NCBI RefSeq assembly: GCF_037042905.1
Contig: NC_087249.1
Span: forward strand, 9,178,001 to 9,242,000
Origin: Lytechinus pictus
Taxonomy: Eukaryota
DNA length: 64,000 nt
Reading direction: 5' to 3'
The position numbers and the translations under genes were made by a program. The notes beneath the pieces were generated by a model, which was not told the DNA's origin, did no database searches, and was given only the letters and a program-made list of their open reading frames with translations. Positions 50,391-63,407 of this stretch are shown here, piece by piece. Every line of letters begins with the position of its first letter. The first letter of the stretch is position 1.

Positions 50391-51161
50391 CATTGATTTA
50401 CAGTAGGATGGGGGGTCGGGTGTCCAGACACTTTATATTTTTGAAGCCTTCTTTTTTGTCGTTGGATTACACTAAAAATATGAATTCAATAGTTGTAATC
50501 ATCTTCCATTTTGTTCTCTATAATATTTCCTTACATTTTGTACTAAAAATTTATGAAACTTCGCTTGTAAATTTTTCCAAATGACTTTCTAAAATTGATC
50601 GTCCGGACACACAACCTGTCCGGACACACAACAACTGGGTATACTCTGTGGACCTATCTAGTAGACTTTGCCTTTGCGAACATGGCAAAATGAGGTGAAA
50701 GAAATATGCCTAGCTTCATTCATGTCTTTCATTGAAAAGAAGGCCAATTCCACCACAAATACAGACTGATCAAATCTAGAGCAAAACTGACCAATGAAAT
50801 CACAACATTCCATCAAAATCTGATTAAAAATATAGCCTTTTGTTTGCAGTGCCCCTTCATTTTTCTGCGAATACGCGTACCTGCACGGTTCTAATAAAAG
50901 AAGAACTGAAATGACCACAAACTTTACACCACGTGCAAAACAGAAGATATTTTAAAAATACAAATGGTGGGAAAATACTGAATTTCAGGCATTTCAAGTA
51001 ACAGCCTCAAAATGCGGCCTTTCTAATCAAAATCACTGAATTGAGTGGGAGGTGAATGGGTGCACAGTCTGTTTTAAACCCTAAAGTCTAAACCGCGTCA
51101 AACAATAGAGTAACAAATCGATTAATTAAAAAAAAAACATAACAAATGCTGTATCCGTTAC

Positions 51162-51480
51162 CTGTGCTCCGACAGTCAGAATCTGTGACATTATTTAGAA
51201 TGGTCAAACTTCACACCGTGACAAGAGAAAGTTACCGTGCTCCTCAATTCTTCATGCCGTGGTCTCCAGATTCATATCCGGCTATGCGCCTATGCTAGCT
51301 CCGGCTCGCGCTCCTCCCGGGTGGTTTGCCCGGCGTTCGAAGCCTGGCCTGGCGCATGTAGCAGCATGCACTGGCCTGGTACGCCTGGTACTTCGATCGA
51401 ATAGGCTCAAAATATCCAGGTACGCAACGCGCAGCGCGCATACCGGTAAATCCAGGCCAGCTACAAGAGAATTGGTGGAC
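51162..51480 (-). promoter_or_regulatory. CpG-rich patch, candidate promoter/first exon of a host gene
   Basis: Local GC/CpG enrichment (51255-51460) without TIRs or repeats; minus-strand donor-like CAG|GTAACG at 51162/51161. Confidence 0.35.
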
Positions 51481-52362
51481 TTTTCCATTATCCGGAGGGG
51501 TGAAAACTCAGAAAATAAATAGGGCCTACAAGGCTACAGAAATAATGATAAATACCGGTAAACGAACAAACAAATAAATGAATATAATGTCATAAATAGA
51601 TAAGTAAATTGATTAATACAATTTAACAAATAAATAAATAAATAAATGAATTAATTAATGAATGTGAATAAAAAGGTAGACCTAAATCGTTTGTTCTTTC
51701 TGCCCTCTCTCATTTAATCTTTTTTTTTTTTGGGGGGGGGGGCGGAGGGAATTAGCAATTGTATGACCCCAAAAATGAAACTTAACTCGCTCGCCTAGCT
51801 GGCATTTCTTTCTCAGTATTTTTCCTATCCTATTGCAATCCTAACCTTACAACCCTAAAGCCTGGAGCAATTGTCGCCGGAGCAAATGTCGTATCATCGA
51901 ATATAGAACCGTTTACAAAATTGGTAGGGTTCTTCACACAGTCAAGAACCCCATACATAAAGATTGCGTAAATCCTCGTAGAACCAGGACTATTCAGAAC
52001 CTGCGCTTTTTCTGCTTCTCGGAAAAACCTCAAAAGATTCCAAATACGGGACAAAGAAAACTGATGAAATTTCTAAGAGGGTTGTGTCAATCAGTCTTGC
52101 ACCGAGTCGAGCACTTGACCCAGATCATGACAAGAAAAAATTGGTATGCCTATATACATACTTAGAATTTCTTATAACACTCTGATAAAATCAGCATAAT
52201 TTTAGCATTTTTTCCCTTTTATTCTATTAAGCCGGCGGCGAGGCTAGGCTTTTGGCGATTCTTGTGTTTTACGAAGATGCGCGTGACTACGGAAAATCGT
52301 GCTCGCTTCTCTCTCCCCCTCTCACCTCTCTGCAAGCAAAGCTCCTGAACATCCTTTATAGT

Positions 52363-52540
52363 CCAGGTGGGTGTTTCATAAAGCTGTGCGTAAGTTAAGA
52401 GCGACTTTAAGAACGACTGGTGATCCTTTCTTGTGGTAAATGGTATATTCATTGGCGACGGTTTAGCGCGTAAGAAAGGATCACCAGTCGTTCTTAAAGT
52501 CGCTCTTAACTTACGAACAGCTTTATGAAACGGCCCCCGG
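52363..52540. mobile_element. Short palindromic MITE (related copies at 38077-38245 and 62046-62211)
   Basis: GTTTCATAAAGCTG...CAGCTTTATGAAAC with ~65-bp arms; the 62046 copy is flanked by CCAGG on both sides. Confidence 0.75.
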
Positions 52541-52545
52541 GATAG

Positions 52546-55304
52546 AAGGGGTCGAACCTTGTTTTTTTATACATACAATGTTTTTTTGTGGTTTCTTGTC
52601 AATTCGAGGGTGCTGATTCCGAATCTGAATGATGCCACTCGTGTAACCTTGAGCATTTTCTGCAAATTGGCAAAATCCAATATGGCCGCCAAAATATTCA
52701 AATTACCCATGAAAATCATAAAATTGTCCACACATTGGCTTTAAAGTATATGCAATTGTGCTGCCGGAGTGAAATAATATCTGAAAAAATGATTTTTGTC
52801 AAAATATTAATTTTCTTGATATCAAAATGGCCGCCATCATAGACCCCTGTACAAAATGAATGGGGAAAATTAATTTTTACAAAATTGAGCACTGAAATGC
52901 AAGTAATTATGATCTATGAGTGAAGCAATGTCTGTAAACATGATTGCTAACGATATATATCATTTGTTATGTCAGTTATGTGATAAATCCTGTATTTTGA
53001 TATTCAAAATGGCCTTCAAAAGCCCTAACACTATTATGTACAATGTGAATGGTGACACAAAAAAATCACAAGAGTGAGCACTAAAATGCATTTTGTTGAG
53101 ATAAACGAGTGGAATACTGACTAAAAACATTTTTGTTAACGAAATTTATTATTTAACATGCCATGTATGTGATAAACCCTGTATTTTGATATTTAATATG
53201 ACCGCCAAAGGCCCTAAAATTATGATCTACGATGTGAGAGAGGACAAAAACAATCACAAGGTGAGCACTAAAACGTATTTTTTGTGGTAAATTAGTGGAA
53301 TACTGTCTTCAAATATAATTTGCAACGAAATATATTATTCGGGTTTTATATTTGTGTTAAATATCGCATTTTGACTTTCAAAATGGCCGCCAAAATTAAG
53401 ACATTGACTGTATTATGTACAATCGATCTGGGAAACCAATTTTCACATGAGTCAGCACCATAACATGCATATAATTGTGATTTAAGAGTAAAATATTGTC
53501 TGAAAACATAATTCCTAACAAGATATATCATTCATTCTGCCAGGTAGGTGATAAATAATGTATTTTGAAAGTCAAAATGGCCGCTACAGGCCCTAACAGT
53601 AGGCCTATTATGTACTTTGTGAATGGGAACATATACTTTTAACAGAATTTGGCTTTGCTTGACTAAATGGTGTTGCATGTATGAGTGAAATATCGTCTGA
53701 AAATATGATTTTGTAACCAAATAGATCATTTCTTATGTTATTTAGGTGATAAATGCTATATTTAAATTTCAAAATGGCTGCAATATGTTTCTTTGTGGAA
53801 ATTATCTTTCCCCATTCAAATTTTACATATTAAGATAAGCTAGGGACTATGGCGGCCATTTTTCATTTTTAAAAGGCTGCATTCATCACCTTTATGACAC
53901 AAGCTATGATATATTTCGTTAGAAATCATTGGGTTTAGACAATACTTAACACTTACATCAAAATTAAGCCATTTTCATAGTAAAAATTTTGTCAAAATTA
54001 TCTGTCCCCAGTTACAATGTACATACTACTTTGGGCTATGGCAGCAATTTTGAATTTCAAAGTAAGGCCTTTATTACCTTCTCAACCATTATACATATTT
54101 AGTCAGAAATCATGTTCAAGACCAAATTTTACCTATATATATCACATAGTTACGTGCGTTTTTGGTTCTCATTCTGGTGATGATTAATGTCCCTATACGC
54201 ATGTTACAGAATTTGTAGGGGCTTGTGCGGCCGTTTTGAAAGTCAAAATACAGTATTTATCACCTATGGGAGAGGAAATGTTATATTTCATTAAAAAAAT
54301 CACGTTTTCAAACAAAATTTTCCTTATACAACAGAATTATATGGATTTCATAGTCAGGCAAATCCTAATTCTTTCAAAAGTATTTGTCCCCATTTACATT
54401 GTAGATAATACTGTAAGGGCCCATAGGGGCCATTTTGAATTTTACAATACAGCATTTATCTCATGCATGAAAAATGAAATGATATGTTTCGCCAGAAATC
54501 ATGTGTTTAGACAATATTTCACTCGTATAGATTACAATTACATTCATTTTATTGTTTTTACTCTTGTGAAAATTAGTTTCTTCATTCGCTTTGTTCATAA
54601 TACAGATAGGGCCTATGGCAGCCATTTTGAATGTCAACATGCAGCATAATTACCGAAATTGCAAGGGAAATGATATGTTTCGTTAGAAATCCTTGTTGTC
54701 AGACAGTGTTACACCAATATTTCGCAGTTATTGGCATTTTAAAGTCAAACAAATTCAAAGGTTGTGAAAATTATTTGTCCCCTTTTATATATTGTACACA
54801 GTATAAGGGGTCTATGACAGCCATTTTGAATATCATAATACAGCATTTATCACATTAGATAGTATACAAATGACATAGTTTTGTTAATAGTCATGTTTTA
54901 AGACAGTAGTCCACTCGCAGGTCACAATCACATGCAATAATAGTGCTCTTGTTTGAAAAATGAATATTTTCCCCATTCATATTCTACATAATAAAGTATA
55001 CAGGGGTTATGGCGGCCATTTTGAATATCAATAAAATAAATATTTTGTCAAATATCGCTTTTCCAATTGGTATTTCACTTCTGCACAACAACTACATGCA
55101 TTTTATAGCTAATGTGTTGGCAATTTTATGATTTTCATGGGTAATTTGCATATTTTGGCGGCCATATTGGATTTTGCCAATTTACGGAAAATGCTCAAGG
55201 TTACAAGAGTGGCATCATTCAGATTCGGAATCAGCACCCTCGAATTGACAAGAAACCATAAAAAAACATTGTATATATCTAAAAAAAACAAGGTTCGACC
55301 CCTT
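52546..55304. mobile_element. Foldback-type non-autonomous element (~2.76 kb) with inverted arrays of diverged ~190-bp units
   Basis: ~190-bp near-identical TIR starting AAGGGGTCGAACCTTGTTTTTTT; AAAATGGCCGCC-like motif about every 190 bp in the left arm and its reverse complement in the right arm; symmetry axis near 53810; TSD not resolved. Confidence 0.8.
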
Positions 55305-57149
55305 GTCTAGTTCACCACCGGGGTTCACCATTTCTATTACCGGCTTTATTGATATGAGACGGGGAGCTATATAATTTAGCCTATTCTGTCAGATGCCATG
55401 TCGCATCATAGACTGATCAATATCTGCTGTTTCGGATGAGTTTTTTCTTTTCCATTTTCTGATCAAGCCAGGCGAAGTCTGCAACGGAGCATATCCTGGC
55501 CGAAATAGACTGATTTATCGGTCTATTCGCATGTCTGCCTGTAGATCTGCTTACATATGATTACTGGAAAGGTGATAGAACTTAAAAGTGAGAGAATATA
55601 TCGTTTTGATAGAGGATTCTTATACATACTAGACCATGCATAGACGGTACTTGGCCAAAACCATTCAGACGTCGAGACCAGATACTCGACGATATTTAAA
55701 AAGTTAAAAACTGCCAACAAACTTATTTAGAAACTGTATCTACTTAATCAATGCACAATTACAATCCAAAAGATCTTTGTTGCATCATAAATTACCCAGC
55801 AAATCTAGATGATTCTTTGCTATAGGAGTTAGAGAAAACAACTACTCAAGGGACTCAACCTGCTGGCTGCAAAAGCTATACTTCACATCACGCGGGGAAA
55901 TGAGAAAAACGGGCATTAATAGTCGTGTCTCTTGTGTGGGATCCATTTTGGATAGAAATATAGGATCAACAATGCAGTTAACAATAGCCAGCCTTCGAAC
56001 AATGCTTCAATCTCACCAGCATGCCATGGCAAGCGAGCTCGGGGACTGCCACAGTTTGAAATAATCACCGCTCATTTTTGTCATGGGCACTTGACGGACT
56101 TGACCGGCTTCTGTATACTACACCAGACCTCAGACCAAAGGGAGGTCCGACTGGAGACCTCTTTGCAGATCCGCAGGCCACAACCGATGCCCCTCCCGTC
56201 GACAAGGCTTGGCTACATTATCGGACTATCGGTATAGTATCCTATATACTCGGCAGTCACCTCCGAATTAATATAATTACAGGGAATCTTCATGGACCTC
56301 TACCAGATTCCAGCGATCATCCCGTGGATTCTTTTAAAGGGTTGTTCTCGGACCATGATGTGTTGCGATTGAAATAATGAAATAGTTCCTATTTTGCTCC
56401 CCAAACCACTTGACTCTTTAAGAGATCAATACTATACTGCTACTTTGTGCCTATATATATATAGACCCTTTTCATTCATAAGACTGGAAAGAATTGAGTG
56501 GAATCATTATCTACCCGAAATCATTTAGAAATAGTTTGGCCTTAGAAGATTTCTTTTTCAGACTTATAACGCAATGGTATATATTAAGTGATGATATGCC
56601 TTCGTCAGACAAGACGTTGTTGCAAAGAACAAGAAAAATAAAGGTGTACTCGAATTTCAAACTACTGTTCATTTTGTTACCTTCCAGTATACATGATATT
56701 GTTTTGTTTTGATTTGATTTGATTTATTTTTTCCGTCTGCATTCATAACATTCGTATACAATACAATTTTCATAACATAACTAACATGATATATTGGTAA
56801 TTGATTTTGGTATGAATCATAAAGAAAAAATAAAAATAAAAAAGTATTTCTAAACAAATACGATCTACTACCAACAAAAAAGTTATAACATTTAAAGTTT
56901 GTAGGAGAAAGATTGTCATTATAAGCAGATTGCTTGAAAAAAATGACAACCCCGGAATAAAACTCATTAAATTAATGAATACATTTATAAAGCCGAATGG
57001 AAATGTTATTTTGTCCATAAATTTTATAATGATGAAGATGGAGATGATAAGAATGAGGATGATGGTGATAGTGGTGAAATTTTGCCAAGATATGAACTGG
57101 CACTAATGATGTTTGAAAAAATAATGCCTGCCCATGTTCCTGGCAATCG

Positions 57150-58739
57150 TACTGGAGCCTTTAAAGTGCCATCGACTTGGCGAGATACTTTATCTTCCCA
57201 TGTCGACATAATAACATTATTATGGCGAGATACGTTATCTCGCCAAGTCGACTCATATAAAAAGTTATATGTCGACATGGCGAGATATTTTATCTTGCCA
57301 AGTCGACTTATAAAAAGTTGGCGAGATATTTGGACTCTCGCCGGGCCTTGGACACTTCATATCTTGCCATGTCGACATATTATACAAATGATGCATGCAC
57401 ATGAGTTCATTAGGCGATCTATCCTCACGCGAGTTGAGGCTCTGTTCAATCCATTGCACGAAGCCGTTAGGCTGAGTGCAATGGGGTGAACACAGCCTCA
57501 ACGAGAGTGGATAGGTCGCATAATGGACGAATGAAGGCATGCATCATTTGGTTTATACGACGAATTTTCTAGATTTTGTAATTTGACAATAAATAAAAAA
57601 AAATCAACAAAAGCAGATGGAATTAAGACATATTTTGCCTTTGTCTGACACTTCCTTTTCTCTGAAAATATTTTTGATTTTCCGTTTTATGAAAGCAGTT
57701 ATTTGTTTGTGTTCTTTTGTGACGCACTTTGATTCATGAATCTCAGTGCGCACAGCCAGCCTTGTTGATGCGCTTACTTCGATGCGCGCAAACACACACA
57801 TACAAAATGTAAGTATTCACACATGCTTAGTGGTACACACTCAAGGAGAAAGCTCAACCGTGCAATGGAAAAATAAAAAATGCACGGTCGCCGTGCAATG
57901 GAAAATAAAATTTGCATGCAGCACAAAATGGATCAAATATTGAATGGCTTTCAACCAATCAAATTACAAGAAACTTTGTATGAGTTGTATAAAATGTTTT
58001 ATAAGTCGACCTGGCAAGATAAAATATATCGCTATGTTGACATATTATACAAATAATGAATGTGTATGCGTGCAATGGGAAGAATATTTTCATGAGATGA
58101 AAGATGTAAAGTTCCATTCAACGAGGCGTTAGCCGAGTTGAATGGAACTTTTAATCTTTCATCGAATGTAAATATTCTTTCCATTGCACAAATATTTACA
58201 TTCATTATTTGTTTTATATAACTCATATAAGTTACAAAGTTTTTAAAAATGTAAAAAAAGGAATAACAAGATAAAGATTAGGTTGGCCTATTTCCAGCAA
58301 CTAATTTTTCTCTGATAATTGCTAGTCGGTGGACAACACCATGTATCGACAGCTCATCAGCCTGGCCCTTTGCTTTCATGTTTGTGACGCGCATTGCTTC
58401 ATGGATCTGAGTCGAGTGCGCACAGTCAGTTTGATCTGCGCTAACTTCATGCGCGCGAACACACACACACACATACACAATAAGTAGACATACAAGGATT
58501 ATACTGAGGGAGCGCTAGCGCGCGTACCGTGCAATGGAAAAATAAAAAATGCACGGTCACCGTGCAATGGAAAATTACAAAATGCACGCAGTAAAAAATG
58601 GACCAAATATTGAACACCTTTCAACCAATCAGATGGCAAGAATCTTCGTTTGAGTTATATAAAACGTTTTATAAGTCAACTTGGCGAGATAAAGTATCTC
58701 ACCAAGTCGTCAAGTTGATGGCACTTTAAAGGCTCCGTA
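57150..58739. mobile_element. Non-autonomous IS3EU-like element (1590 bp)
   Basis: TAC(T)GGAGCCTTTAAAGTGCCATC / GATGGCACTTTAAAGGCTCCGTA; flanks CAATCG / CAATCC; subterminal GTCGAC(A/T)TGGCGAGATA repeats; internal direct repeat 57715-58030 vs 58380-58695. Confidence 0.7.
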
Positions 58740-58932
58740 CAATCCCTCAGGTAGTAACATTAATGTTTGTTTGCATGAGATCATTTATTCAAAAGTGAAA
58801 ACTGGTTCATTTTACTTTAATATGCTAATGATATATAGAACATAAAATGCAAGTCATATTTGGAAAGCCTCTTATTATTTCAGTTCAGGTTCAAGAAATA
58901 AAATAATGCGTTGGCTACTACCCTTCACTGTA

Positions 58933-59316
58933 CAGGGCCCTGGGCACGATTTTTTAAAACTGCATGGGGGTGCTGATGTAAATTTGAAAAGCAAAAAGAA
59001 AGAAAAAAAGGGTTTCACTTCTAAACGAAGGTCATTTTGGGCCAGAAAATTTTGACAAGCCCCCCCCCCCCCCACCCAGGGGGGGGGGGTTCACTACAAA
59101 TTGAAGGTCATTTTGGTCCAGAGAAATTTAACAACCCCTCCCCCCCCCCAAAAAAAAAAGGTTTCACTACAAAAAGTTCGTAATTTTCGTTACATTTTTG
59201 AATTTTTCCACACCTACCAGAATTCCAGGGGTGCTGCCTATGGAGAATAATACACGCAGCACCCCCTAGGAACATCTTGGGGGCTCTTAACAGCACCCCC
59301 GCTTCACAGGGCCATG
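58933..59316. mobile_element. hAT-like MITE
   Basis: Ends CAGGGCCCTG / CAGGGCCATG; 8-bp flanks TCACTGTA / TCATTGTA. Confidence 0.7.
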
Positions 59317-60639
59317 TCATTGTACAGGGATGGCTCTATGCAGGGCCCGTTGCATAAAAGTTACTATTACATTAACTTTGCCATCCAATTTTAGCCTAAC
59401 TTCCCTGGAATCCTTGATTCTGATTGGATGTTGAGCATTGTTACCATGGTAATTCCCATTGGATGCCAAAGTTATTATAATAGTAGCTTTTTGTGCAACG
59501 GGGTCCCATTTAATCGAAGGCAAGACAGATGACGCCATATTCAATTATCATTTATCAATTGAATAATAGTGTTATGATAGCTAATTAGCCCATACTTTTT
59601 ATATTTTATACACATATTCCTTCCTTTCTTCCCTTTCCCTTCTTTTTTTTCAAAACAATATTTTTTTCAAAATTGTCAGTGTCACTAGAACTACAGGGGG
59701 TAGGCCGGTAGGGGGCTTGCAACAGATGCTATGTTTTTTGTTTTAAGTAGTGAGGAAAAAGAAGGAAGGGAAAAATAAAAACAAAATATGAAAAAAAACT
59801 AAGATAAGGAAAAAAAAGGGGGCATCAAAAGGAGGAGTGTTATAGTCATGCAACTCAATATTACCCCTGTATACTTCAATTGAGAAAGAAAAATGGACCG
59901 TTCTGCCACCCTATCAAAATACCCTTATAACACCGTGGATGTAGAGTTTAAATATTTATAATTATGATAAAATAAATGTTACTTGTATTTATAAAAATGT
60001 ATGTCTATAAGCCCAAAGCAGGGGCAATGTCATGGTATTTTGATTGGGGGGGGGGGGTGGGTGGTGGCTATACGCCCCTCGATTCGTGGTAGTATAGAGT
60101 TACAGATCCTGGGTCCCGTAACACAAAGCTTAGCAATCAATCGTAGAACATTTTCTACGATTGACTGCATTGACTACTATGTACGATTAATCGTAAAATT
60201 CAATTGTACAATAAAATTGATGATTAATCGTAAAAATCAATTGTACAATAAAAGTGATTGCTAACCTTTGTGTTGGTAAGCTTTCTTCTTCTTTTGCTCT
60301 CCCTCTTATTTCCTTTTTTGTTGTTGGTTATTCTGCACTACTTAAACATGCTTTTATATAAGGAAAGAAGAATAACAAATAATTTTTTTTTCATTACATG
60401 AATATGTAATTCATTAGGAGCAAAATGATTAGGTATAATTTATCCATATTGATGAGAACATCCGGTTTAAATATTTAAGTTCAATGACCTCTTTGTTTAT
60501 TTTATTTTTTTTAGATTCTCTTCAATATCTATTCCGAATAAACTTATTTCTTTATTATTGATGAATTTCCACAAGTCTATATAGAATCAGAGACGTTTTT
60601 CTATTACGAGTGTTTCATCGGGTATGTCAGTCATTTAGT

Positions 60640-61720
60640 TATTTTGGTCAAGGTTTTGAATAACTGTGAACGGGTCCTGGAGTATCTTCTTCCTAATATC
60701 GACCCCGTGTAGTCTGCCGAAGGTCATGGAGACTATGTTCTTTTATACAGTATGTTTTTCATCAAGATGAACCAAAATGTTTTTAATTTCATTTGGACTG
60801 AATTTAAGGTCACCCTTAATACGTGTTTCTTTCTTTCTTTCTTTTTTCCAGAACCGCGCCTTTCTATTTTGGTAACTGTGGTTCGTGCGAGTCTCAATCT
60901 TCATAACTATAATCATTGACAAGTATAACATCAGTTGTGTTGGCTAACTTGACTCGACAGAATATATGCAAGGAGTTCAACTGCCTCGGATACTGTTTTG
61001 GTCTAGGGAGGTATTGGTATAGTGTATAGATTTCCAATTTCCAGCTTGTAGATGAACTTCAGGATACTTTCCAATTGTTTTCCCGGAAGCATTGATCGAG
61101 GGCTCTGTGAGGCCGGGTAGACTTTATGTGAGCCTGTTTTGTTGCTCAGGCCTAGATCATGTCAGACTTTTCAACGAGTTCATGAATGGTTCCCCACTTC
61201 CCCTTGAATTTAACTGTACTAGCTATTCTGGCCCATCTCCCCCGGGGCTTTCCTCAATGCAAGACGTAACCCATCGCTCAGTAACTCCTTCGGCTTCTCC
61301 TACAGGGATGGCCTACGGCCTTTGTCTTTTGCCTGAATGTTGAAGATCATGATGTCCAATTTATCCATGCAGCCGGCATTACTTATTTGTGTATACCACA
61401 TGACTTTTGTATCTTTCAGGCAAGAAGCAGAACCTGCCTTAATCGATAAGGAGTCGACATTCTTGGCTGGTGGTGTTTCACCACAGATAGTAGGAGGACC
61501 ACAGTATCCAACAAGGTATTCGTCTCGTTCATCTCGCCTGAATCCTACCTCAGTACATAATTGCACCGTCTATCAGGGCTTGACTGTACCTGCTGAGATT
61601 GTGTTCTGTGAAAGATGTAGTGGTATCAACCTTCAAAATCTTCTCTGTCATCGTCATGATCGTGGCTGTGGCATCGGGTTGAACCCAATTCGATCTGAGA
61701 ATTCTGGATTCTTCTCCGCA
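60640..61720 (-). pseudogene. Possible heavily degraded non-LTR retrotransposon coding fragment
   Basis: Higher-GC, coding-like composition. Broken minus-strand frames give LAYILSS, VGEAEG and CLKDTK, loosely resembling the C-terminal region of restriction-like-endonuclease LINEs. No intact motif. Confidence 0.25.
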
Positions 61721-63407
61721 ATTTGCTACAAGATCGACAGAGAGAGAGAAAGAGAGGGGTAGGAGGAGGATAAAGAAGGGAGGAGAAAGAGAAACTCCAT
61801 TTAATCTGGTCACTTCTTATTATCTGGACACTCTATTAATGGTTCAACACCAATGGATCAGTTTAGGCCTATACATGGTGTTTGAAATAGTGATGTCTAT
61901 ATAGGGCCTAGTAGAACGTAGCCTCTTGTCGAGGCCCTGGCGGTTGCTCTTTGTCGATTACGACCCCGATCAAACCTGGCAGTGAACCTGGCTCGCACCA
62001 GGCCCCATCAGGCCCAACTCAGTTTGTATAAGATCAGCTGCCAGGTGGGTGCTTCATAAAGCTTTACGTAAAGTTACGCAAGACTTTACGCACGACTGGT
62101 GACCTTTCTTGTGCCACACTATCCCTATGTAGCTAACTTAGAATCTAAGATCATGTTCCAATCGTGCGTAAAGTTGTGCGTAACTTTACGAACAGCTTTA
62201 TGAAACACCCACCAGGGCCTCGGCAAGAAGCTAAGTAGAATTATTCTGTCTTCTTCCTTCTTTTTTTATCCTTAAATGAAAAATTGATTATGAAAAGTAT
62301 AAGCGCTCCATGCTTGCACCTTGTTTTGCCTTTTAAAACATGATAATACATCAATTTTTTTTCAGACTTTCGTGCTTGTTACATTGCATTTCGAGTTTGT
62401 GTGTTGATGGATAATAATCAAACTTCTCATATTGCTTCAATTCTTCTTTATAAGTAGGAATATTTTGAAGCACGATCCATCCATTTATACGATACATAAT
62501 TCATTTTACAATCGATTTCGAGTAATTTTCTTCACTTACATTAAATAGTCTGATAGCAACATAGGTCATCAGTTTCTTTCATGATTGATGTTCGCTCCAA
62601 CCATTAAATTTTGTAGCCATAGTGACGTCACTTCCCTTCTCAAGACGTGATCACTGAAGCCGATCTCAAAAAAAGGGCAGAAGAAGCACCGTTCTCGGTG
62701 CAACATGAGCAGTTCATGCCTTCGATTGACGGTCTTGCTAAGGACATATCCGACCTCATGGTTCCTTTTCAGTCTAGGTATATGTTTGCCTACATCTATA
62801 GTTTCTTCTTTCTGGTCAGTGGAATGTTTCCTAAATAATGATAATAATGACATTGTCACTAACCAATTTTAGGGATGCCCTACGTAGATACCAACTTTTA
62901 CGAAAATAAGTAACCAACTACATAATAAGAAATAAAGGAAATGATTAATCATAAAGGAAGTATAAATTATGTCTGTAGGAGTTTTTAAATAGATTTGTAT
63001 TTTCTAGAAATGGCTACTGTCACGAAAGAGGGTATGTTGGTCCAAAGTTAGTTCAAGAATCATAAAGCGGTCAACTTTCCGTTAGTTTCATTATCATAAT
63101 TATGAACCCTTCCTTTTAGAAAGACATTTTAGTCCTTGTCTCTACTTACTCTATTTCAGTTCAAAGGTCTGAAACTGGGCGTTCCTAGAAAACCATATCC
63201 CAGGAAAGTTCCCTTTACCAACATGGAGGACTGCAGACGGGTATATACTGCATGTCCCCTAGTTTAGCCTCAAGATTGGTTGGTTAGAATGACAACCGCA
63301 CCTGTCACAGTCATGAGACTGGGCTGGTTCCTTTTCTAGAATACAGGCCTATAGAGGGATCATGGCAGTTATCTGGTCTATCTCGTGTGGATCATCTATC
63401 AGTGACT

